From the NCBI GenBank assembly GCA_036397395.1, contig DASWIZ010000038.1, positions 1-31,601 on the forward strand: a DNA stretch of 31,601 nucleotides. Direction: 5' to 3'. The first letter of the stretch is position 1. Each line of letters starts with the position of its first letter. The stretch comes from Minisyncoccota bacterium (GTDB lineage Bacteria > Patescibacteriota > Minisyncoccia > Minisyncoccales > UBA10102). Both the position numbers and the translations under genes were made by a program. This document shows positions 8,849 to 14,796 of the stretch, piece by piece. A model generated the notes under the pieces. The model worked only from the letters and a program-made list of their open reading frames with translations, was not told the DNA's origin and did no database searches.

Positions 8849-9133
8849 TCATCTTTTTCTCCTGTAAACTTGTTTTTGGGGCCGCAGCCTTCCTGATGCG
8901 CCCGGCATGGGGATACCACGGCGGGCGTACTCAATTTGTGTTGCCCGCTCTATTCCCGCCTTGTCAATTTGGCGTTCTAGTTCGGCCGCGCCACCGCGTG
9001 TGAACGGCCATTGAATGCCGGCCCACATGAGTTGCACCGCCTTGCAGATCAACCAGAAGGGCCCGTAGATCAGCCAGAACGGGCTGCTTATGAGCCACCA
9101 AAGTGCTTTGAACGGCCACAAAAGAATACCCAC
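8849..9133 (-). CDS. Small Trp/Phe-rich membrane protein, co-operonic with the SPFH gene
   Basis: 94-aa ORF with repeated PFWLI motifs. It lies 15 bp downstream of the SPFH gene stop on the same strand. Confidence 0.4.
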   Translation of the reverse strand: MGILLWPFKALWWLISSPFWLIYGPFWLICKAVQLMWAGIQWPFTRGGAAELERQIDKAGIERATQIEYARRGIPMPGASGRLRPQKQVYRRKR

Positions 9134-9148
9134 GCTTTAACCTCCTTT

Positions 9149-10495
9149 TTAGCAAAGATATCCGTTGTCTTCCTTTGGCTGGACTGGCTCCTCTCCCTCC
9201 CTTAGTTGTTCGTTCACTTCGTGAAGGGCTTCGCCGACAGCCTCCAGGTTTTCGTCGGGCTTTGCCTGATTTGCCTGAAGCTTTTCCACTTGCTCGGTCA
9301 GTTTCGCTATTGCGTCCATGACTTCTGCTGTGTTCCCGGTTTCGGCCCCTCGCATTGCGCTCCCGAGCATATCAGAGAAGCCAGGGATAAACATAGCCTG
9401 TACCGCAGCTCCGGGCTGGCTGTTCCGGATGGTATCAAGAACTTGGTATAAGTGCCCCGAACTACTACCTTCCATTGCTTCGGTCACGCTTTTTAACGCA
9501 TCTGCCTGCCCCTTGGCTTCGGTTCTTAGGGCGTCTGCTTTCCCTTCAGCGCGCCTTATATCAACTTGGGCCTGGATGTTTGCCTCGGTGCGCTGCGTCG
9601 TAAGTTGGCGGTAATTACCACTTGGATCAACGCGGTACACCGAAAGTTCGGGAATGGCTACACCGTAAATCTCCTCAAACTCTACTTTAAAAAGATCTTT
9701 CTCGTTTGTTTCGACGAGCGATTCTTCCCCTTTTTCTCCTTGGTAACGCCAACCTTGCAGGATTTTAGTAAACGCGTCGCCCATGGCGTCCGTATGGGTA
9801 ATCCAGTCATCGTGGCTTCGGTATGTAACTACGTTCCTGGATTCGGCAGCGATGCGCGCAATGATAACTTGCAGCCAGACTCCTGGCCGGGCGCCGGTTC
9901 GAAATAGCGCTTTAAAGGGATTGATGATCTGTACGGTTAGCAGAAGCTGGATATCCAGCGGTACGAGGTCTTTCGCTTCTGCCTCTTTGATCTCGCACCA
10001 GTATACGTCGCGGGCCAGCGGGACATAGTCTACTTCGCCGCTAAGTTCACGGATATTGCCGTGCTCGTCTACTACGGACCTACGCCAGTCGTAACCGAAA
10101 ATTTTCTTGGCGTTAACGAGCGGATTCTCAAACCAGTGAGCTCCAAACAACATTCTGTATCGCCCTGGATATCTTTCCCCCGGATTGTTGTCCTTTATGT
10201 TCCCGTCCCCGTCAAGATGCTTTCCCTCGAATTGCATAATTTCCCCGGCCACCTCTCCGCCGAGGGTAATGAATTTCATTGAACCTTCGTTCACGAACGT
10301 AAACCCTTTGTTCTGCTCAGCTAGTTTTATTACCCAGTCTGCCGCGATTGGTCGCCAGAGAATAGCCCCGGTTCCAATGAGTAATGCCGAAAGTACTATT
10401 AGGGTAATTCCTAAGGCACCAGTGCCAAGGAAAATCCCAATAATCAGCACAAAAAAAGCCCAGATAAGTGTTCCACAAAATAGCGAATTTAACAT
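9149..10495 (-). CDS. SPFH/Band-7 (stomatin/flotillin-like) domain membrane protein
   Basis: N-terminal TM. Central region typical of SPFH (QLLLTVQIINPFKALF...RNVVTYRS...). C-terminus is a coiled coil rich in AEGKADALRTEAKGQADAL. A consensus minus-strand promoter lies upstream. Confidence 0.7.
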   Translation of the reverse strand: MLNSLFCGTLIWAFFVLIIGIFLGTGALGITLIVLSALLIGTGAILWRPIAADWVIKLAEQNKGFTFVNEGSMKFITLGGEVAGEIMQFEGKHLDGDGNIKDNNPGERYPGRYRMLFGAHWFENPLVNAKKIFGYDWRRSVVDEHGNIRELSGEVDYVPLARDVYWCEIKEAEAKDLVPLDIQLLLTVQIINPFKALFRTGARPGVWLQVIIARIAAESRNVVTYRSHDDWITHTDAMGDAFTKILQGWRYQGEKGEESLVETNEKDLFKVEFEEIYGVAIPELSVYRVDPSGNYRQLTTQRTEANIQAQVDIRRAEGKADALRTEAKGQADALKSVTEAMEGSSSGHLYQVLDTIRNSQPGAAVQAMFIPGFSDMLGSAMRGAETGNTAEVMDAIAKLTEQVEKLQANQAKPDENLEAVGEALHEVNEQLREGEEPVQPKEDNGYLC

Positions 10496-10531
10496 TGTGA
10501 AAGTGCTCCTTCCTTAAATTTTGCTGGGTAT

Positions 10532-10560
10532 ATTATACAGGCTTGAGTTTAATTTGTCAA
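10532..10560 (-). promoter_or_regulatory. Consensus sigma70-type promoter for the SPFH operon (minus strand)
   Basis: On the minus strand: TTGACA (rc 10555-10560), a 17-nt spacer, then TATAAT (rc 10532-10537). An SD aaggaagga precedes the ATG. Confidence 0.6.
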
Positions 10561-10577
10561 GCCAGGCGGTTTTTTGG

Positions 10578-10607
10578 AGTTTGGGCGGATTTGGGTTGAT
10601 TTGGGTT
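10578..10607. repeat. Three tandem ~10-bp direct repeats (g/a)tttggg(c/t)(g/t)g upstream of the 10625 gene
   Basis: gagtttgggcg / gatttgggtt / gatttgggtt, read directly. Confidence 0.5.
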
Positions 10608-10624
10608 TGTGGTACACTGGTTTT

Positions 10625-11080
10625 ATGCGTATGCCAAATGAATCCCTCCACTCGTTACATAAAAGGTACATTCGGGGAACACAACCAAAAGCAATTGTAG
10701 AAAACAAAAAGGTTTTCTTGTGCTATCTTACGGCTGCTGTCCATAAGGGCGGTGGCTTCTCGACGCGCAATGTGTATATCACTACGAAAGTGCTCAAACA
10801 CATGTACGACAAAAAGCCGGCCGAAGAATACGATTTTCTGCTTGTACACTTGCCCCAGCTTATAAAGTACCCGGATCATATCTATGAAAATAGAAATGGC
10901 AAACGAGGCAACATTTGTTTTACCAAAAGTATAAAAAACCAGCAATACTTTTGTTCGCTGGAAGATGACACGGAAGCACAAGAGATTATGATAGTAACCG
11001 CTTACCGCATTCGTGATAAGAAGTACCTCGAGAAATATAGCCTGTTGTGGAGCTGGAGGGACGACGCCCCCTCATCGTAG
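10625..11080 (+). CDS. Hypothetical protein. Possible PBECR-like (Barnase/EndoU/RelE-like) nuclease domain.
   Basis: ATG 10625 (MRMPNESL) is in frame with the track ORF. The motif VYITTKVLKHMYDKKPAEEYDFLLVHLPQLIKYPDHIY...KRGNICFTK...IMIVTAYR resembles the phage-associated PBECR nuclease family. This assignment is tentative. Confidence 0.35.
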   Translation: MRMPNESLHSLHKRYIRGTQPKAIVENKKVFLCYLTAAVHKGGGFSTRNVYITTKVLKHMYDKKPAEEYDFLLVHLPQLIKYPDHIYENRNGKRGNICFTKSIKNQQYFCSLEDDTEAQEIMIVTAYRIRDKKYLEKYSLLWSWRDDAPSS

Positions 11081-11317
11081 TACGTTCGATGTCCGAAAAG
11101 GACCTACTTGTACCCCGCAGTAGAGCCGAGTTTCTGCTTTTCAGCCCCACAACAAACTACCCTTCCTTACGTTACGTGCTATTCTGTTCCCAAAAGACCT
11201 TCCGCTAGGTGTGGTATATAAACCACGGCCGAAAGCCTTTTTCAATTTCTATACTACCAGAAAGTCATGCTGGTTGTCAAGCGCAGTTTTGGGTAAAAAA
11301 GAACCCGCGGAAAAATC

Positions 11318-11347
11318 TTGTCAAGGGGGCGGGTTTTGTGCTAGCAT
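11318..11347 (+). promoter_or_regulatory. Promoter module copy A (TTGTCA, 18 nt, TAGCAT with an extended TGn)
   Basis: aaatcttgtcaagggggcgggttttgtgctagcatgaa. Two related copies lie at 11889 and 12613. Confidence 0.5.
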
Positions 11348-11353
11348 GAAGCT

Positions 11354-11617
11354 ATGACGGTTACTACTATTAAAGTAAAAAATGGAGTTATGAAGCTGCC
11401 AAAAGCGTTGCAGAAAGCATGGGGAAATGCTCGAATTTCTGTTCGGGTGTATAAAGATAAAGCGGTATTGGAGGGGCCGATCCCTCAAGCTCAAAAAAGA
11501 AAATATAATCTTGCTCTTTGGCAAAAAGCTGCTGGCATCTTGAAAAACAAAAAACTGCCAGATGCTGTTCAATGGCAGCGGGAAATCCGCAAGGAATGGG
11601 AAAGAAAGATCGTATAG
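11354..11617 (+). CDS. AbrB/SpoVT/MazE-type antitoxin
   Basis: The N-terminus TIKVKNGVMKLPKALQKAWG fits the swapped-hairpin AbrB/SpoVT fold signature. A PIN gene follows directly. Confidence 0.55.
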   Translation: MTVTTIKVKNGVMKLPKALQKAWGNARISVRVYKDKAVLEGPIPQAQKRKYNLALWQKAAGILKNKKLPDAVQWQREIRKEWERKIV

Positions 11618-11626
11618 CGTTTCGGT

Positions 11627-11920
11627 ATGTTTACGCTTGATACGAATATCCTCGTGTACTACGCTGCAGGTGACGGAAAAGTTACCTCTTTTGTTTTTGA
11701 GCGGCTGAAAGAAGGCAAGATTTTTTATGTACCCACAATTGTTGTGGTAGAATTTTTCTCTTTTCCTGCTCTTGGGCCAAAAGATAGTGAGTTGTTTGAA
11801 TATCTTTTTTTACATCTTGACGTAACCGCTCTAGACGTTCGTATCGCCAAAATTGCTGGAGATTTGCGAAAAAGATACGGCCTAAATCTTGTCAAGAGGG
11901 TGGGTGTTGTGCTAACATAA
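11627..11920 (+). pseudogene. PIN-domain (VapC-like) toxin gene, 3'-truncated where promoter module copy B begins
   Basis: Starts MFTLDTNILVYY, the PIN Asp box. A conserved Glu is present (VVVEFF). The reading frame then runs into the repeat element (..KRYGLNLVKRVGVVLT*) before the 3rd and 4th acidic PIN residues would occur. At 97 aa it is short of the ~130 aa expected. Confidence 0.5.
11889..11918 (+). promoter_or_regulatory. Promoter module copy B (TTGTCA, 18 nt, TAACAT)
   Basis: aaatcttgtcaagagggtgggtgttgtgctaacataag. Confidence 0.5.
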
Positions 11921-11926
11921 GAGTAT

Positions 11927-12166
11927 ATGGCAGACAATAAAGAGATAAATAATCTTTCAGCAGATATATTCTCCAACCCTGCATACTTTGGCAAGCATGT
12001 TGTTGTTGTGAATGGCGAAGTCCACGAGGCGCGCACTGGCGAGGAAGCAGTAAAAATTCTTGAAGAGGTTCGCAAGAAATACCCGGACAAACAGCCCACT
12101 CTTACCTATATTCCCGAAGAGGAAACGCTTATACTGTTTTTCTATGGAAAAACGTTTCTCGTTTGA
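11927..12166 (+). CDS. Small protein (79 aa), DUF5678-like. Partner of the downstream retropepsin-like protease.
   Basis: GKHVVVVNGEVHEARTGEEAVKILEEVRKKYPDKQPTLTYIP resembles the small proteins that accompany archaeal/bacterial retropepsin-like proteases. Its 3' end overlaps the protease gene by 23 bp. Confidence 0.4.
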   Translation: MADNKEINNLSADIFSNPAYFGKHVVVVNGEVHEARTGEEAVKILEEVRKKYPDKQPTLTYIPEEETLILFFYGKTFLV

Positions 12167-12563
12167 AAAGCGTTGGTCTCAAATTTTCGGAGAGATCTGG
12201 CGTCCTGTGGCGCTGGTAGATTTTGCTTCAATTAATGAACTAAACACCTGGACTACGGTGCGCATGATTGTAGATACGGGCGCTGATTACTCTCTTTTAC
12301 CGCGGTCGTATGCCAAAGCGCTCAACGTGGATCTTGAACGCGATTGTCAACCGTTTGAAACGGCCGGGATTGGGGGAAAAGAACTGGTTTTTGTCCACCC
12401 TCAAATTCGTATTCGTATTGGAGAATGGGAACGGGAAGTTCCCGTAGGGTTTCTTGAACGTGATACCGTGCCCCCGCTCCTTGGACGACAACAATTCCTT
12501 GAAGTGCTCTCGGTTCTTTTCGAGAACCACACTACTACGTTTCGCACGCAAACGAAGACATAA
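12144..12563 (+). CDS. Retropepsin-like (clan AA) aspartyl protease
   Basis: Catalytic motif MIVDTGADYSLLP (DTGA). About 140 aa, typical of single-domain retropepsin-like proteins. ATG 12144 is in frame with the track ORF. Confidence 0.6.
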   Translation: MEKRFSFEKRWSQIFGEIWRPVALVDFASINELNTWTTVRMIVDTGADYSLLPRSYAKALNVDLERDCQPFETAGIGGKELVFVHPQIRIRIGEWEREVPVGFLERDTVPPLLGRQQFLEVLSVLFENHTTTFRTQTKT

Positions 12564-12612
12564 TACCGTCCCAGCTGTGAGCAAAAAGAACGGCCACGCC
12601 CGCGGCAAAATC

Positions 12613-12642
12613 TTGTCAAGGGGTTGCGCAAGGTGGTAAAAT
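12613..12642 (+). promoter_or_regulatory. Promoter module copy C (TTGTCA, 18 nt, TAAAAT)
   Basis: ccgcggcaaaatcttgtcaaggggttgcgcaaggtggtaaaatacag. The ~40 bp upstream of the -35 resemble copy A (aaaaagaac..ccgcgg..aaaatcttgtcaagggg). Confidence 0.5.
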
Positions 12643-12668
12643 ACAGAAAGAAAAATAACCATACTGTT

Positions 12669-13187
12669 ATGGCGCAATACACCAAAGAACAATACTGGGC
12701 AATATACGAAAAACTTCCCCAGGAACTAAAAGAGGCGGTGTTTTCCAACGAGGTGGCAGAGCACATTGCGACAGCGTGCGAGCGGAACAACGTGCAGGAA
12801 ATGTCGCAGGTTGCCGCCGCGGTTGGCGACGTGTTAATGGGCGTTACCAAACCAAGCGATTTCCAGCAGGCGCTGCAAAAAGAAGTGGGGTTACAGTTGT
12901 CTGTCGCGCAGGCCGTGGCCCAGGAACTGAACCGGTTTGTGTTTTATCCGGTAAAAGCGCAGTTGGAAGACATTCACCGCGTTCCCGCGGAGCAGCCAGA
13001 GCGGGCAAAAGATATTGGAGTTGCGACCCCCCGGCACGAAGGTGAGCGCAGAACAGCAACACCGCCAGAACCACAGCCCGAAGATGATTATCTTATTGCA
13101 GAGGAGGCCGAGCAACGGCAAGAAGAGGAAATTGTGGAGCAACCAAACCCTCAAGAATCAGATCAGTATAGGGAAAAACCGGAATAA
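12669..13187 (+). CDS. Hypothetical protein with an acidic C-terminal tail, immediately upstream of the VirB3-like gene
   Basis: ATG 12669 (MAQYTKEQYW) lies downstream of promoter copy C. The track start at 12624 is a TTG inside the promoter. Its stop overlaps the next ATG (TAATG). Confidence 0.4.
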   Translation: MAQYTKEQYWAIYEKLPQELKEAVFSNEVAEHIATACERNNVQEMSQVAAAVGDVLMGVTKPSDFQQALQKEVGLQLSVAQAVAQELNRFVFYPVKAQLEDIHRVPAEQPERAKDIGVATPRHEGERRTATPPEPQPEDDYLIAEEAEQRQEEEIVEQPNPQESDQYREKPE

Positions 13188-13606
13188 TGGCGCAATTTGA
13201 AACTCCACAATTTATTGACCGGGAAGCGAAAGTAATAGGCCCGCTTACCTTTAAAAGGGCGGCATATTTGGGTATTCCTTTAGCCGTTATTTTCGCGCTG
13301 TATTTTGTTATGGCGGCAGACAACTTTATTTTGTTTGTGGCCATTTCCATTCTTTTGGAAGGCGGCGGTGTTGCCCTGGCGTTTATAAAACTGGAGGGAA
13401 AAAGCATTCCGGAAATGATTATGAACGCGCTTTTCTTTCTGGTGCGGCCCAAAACATTTGTGTGGAAACGGGGCAATACAAAGCTTACGTACAAAAAAGA
13501 AGAGTATATTAACCCGTATACGGGACCGGAAGGCTTGCCAAAAGACCAGCTTACCCAAAAAAGCAGAATGGCTGACTTGTCCCTAAGAGTTCAAACAAAG
13601 AAATAG
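13187..13606 (+). CDS. VirB3/TrbD/PrgI-like small membrane protein
   Basis: 139 aa with two adjacent TM helices (LGIPLAVIFALYFVMAADNFILFVAISILLEGGGVALAFI). It sits immediately upstream of virB4, the canonical VirB3 position. Confidence 0.5.
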   Translation: MAQFETPQFIDREAKVIGPLTFKRAAYLGIPLAVIFALYFVMAADNFILFVAISILLEGGGVALAFIKLEGKSIPEMIMNALFFLVRPKTFVWKRGNTKLTYKKEEYINPYTGPEGLPKDQLTQKSRMADLSLRVQTKK

Positions 13607-14086
13607 TCCTACGAATTACGAATTCGCGCGAATATACGAATACCCTATTTTATGACGCAATCAACGCTAAGGAGAAACGACTTGATCCATCCGGAGCTAA
13701 GCTATCAAATCGTAGGAATACTCTTTGATGTTTCTAACGAACTTGGGCACGGTTACCAAGAAAAGCATTATCAAAAAGCGATAGCAGCGGCTCTTCAGAA
13801 AGCAGGTATCGCGTACACGGAGCAAGCGCCTGTTCAGATAAACTACAAAGGCGAAAAAGTGGGCATCTACTTCCTTGACTTCCTTATAGAAAATAAAATT
13901 GTCCTTGAAATTAAAAGAGGTGAGTACTTTTCCAAAACTAACCTAAAACAAGTTTCTGGCTATTTAAAAGCAACTGGTTTACAATTAGGGATAGTGGCGA
14001 ACTTTACCGCCAATGGTTTGAAGTTTAAGAGAATCGTCTGCGCTAATCAATATTCGTAAATTCGTATTTATTCGTAATTCGTAGGA
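13607..14086. mobile_element. 480-bp cassette bounded by imperfect ~36-bp terminal inverted repeats (outer 17 bp perfect: TCCTACGAATTACGAAT) and carrying a GxxExxY gene
   Basis: Left end is tcctacgaattacgaattcgcgcgaatatacgaata at 13607-13642. Right end is tattcgtaaattcgtatttattcgtaattcgtagga at 14051-14086. The reverse complement of the right end matches the left end over the outer 17 bp. The cassette starts one base after the virB3-like stop and ends 3 bp before the virB4 N-terminal ATG. Confidence 0.6.
13652..14059 (+). CDS. GxxExxY-family protein (PD-(D/E)XK nuclease superfamily)
   Basis: The motifs are readable in the 135-aa product (..GYQEKHYQKA.., ..LDFLIENKIVLEIKRGEYF..). Confidence 0.65.
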   Translation: MTQSTLRRNDLIHPELSYQIVGILFDVSNELGHGYQEKHYQKAIAAALQKAGIAYTEQAPVQINYKGEKVGIYFLDFLIENKIVLEIKRGEYFSKTNLKQVSGYLKATGLQLGIVANFTANGLKFKRIVCANQYS

Positions 14087-14089
14087 TTT

Positions 14090-14782
14090 ATGGCAAGTTC
14101 TGCTCAAGAATTTTTAGAATTCCAAGATGTCCGCGAAGGCACCATGGTGTTGAAAGACCGCTCCATCCGGGGCATTATGTTAGTGTCGTCCACGAACTTT
14201 GCCTTAAAGTCGCAGGAAGAACAAGACGCCATTGTGTACCAATTCCAAAACTTTTTAAACTCGCTGGATTTTTCCATTCAAATTACCATTCAGTCGCGGC
14301 GGCTGAACATTACCGGGTATATTGACCGATTAAAAGCGCTGGAACAAGAACAAACCAATACCTTGCTGCGCGAGCAAACGGCAGAGTACCGCAAATTCGT
14401 GGAAACGCTTATCGCGGGAGGTTCCATTTTGGCGAAAAACTTTTTTGTGGTAGTGCCGTTTACTCTTATAGAGGCGAATCCCGACGCAAGCCAGACAACC
14501 GCGGGAACGCTGTTTAGGTCAAAGCCAAAGCTGGTGGGAAAGTTAACGGATGACGAGTTTGAGCGCATGAAAACCCAGTTGTGGCAGCGTATGGAGTTTG
14601 TTGCGCTGGGCCTGCGCCGCATGGGCTTGCACGTGGCTCCGTTAAATTCAGAGGAAATTATTGAGCTGTTGTGGACTTGGTACCACCCGGAAGACGCGGA
14701 AGTCGGCTACTATCCGGAAATTCCCCCAGAGATGCTGCAGCAACGAGTGCAAAAGAATGGCCCCTCGACAAACTCGAGGTAA
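14090..14782 (+). CDS. virB4: VirB4/TrbE N-terminal domain, encoded as a separate 230-aa ORF
   Basis: TMVLKDRSIRGIMLVSSTNFALKSQEEQDAIVYQFQNFLNSL parallels the VirB4 N-terminus (LLEDGSIMSIARIDGVAFELEEIE..). It ends at TAA 14780-14782. The remainder of VirB4 continues in another frame from 14797. Confidence 0.55.
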   Translation: MASSAQEFLEFQDVREGTMVLKDRSIRGIMLVSSTNFALKSQEEQDAIVYQFQNFLNSLDFSIQITIQSRRLNITGYIDRLKALEQEQTNTLLREQTAEYRKFVETLIAGGSILAKNFFVVVPFTLIEANPDASQTTAGTLFRSKPKLVGKLTDDEFERMKTQLWQRMEFVALGLRRMGLHVAPLNSEEIIELLWTWYHPEDAEVGYYPEIPPEMLQQRVQKNGPSTNSR

Positions 14783-14796
14783 AAACACACATACAT

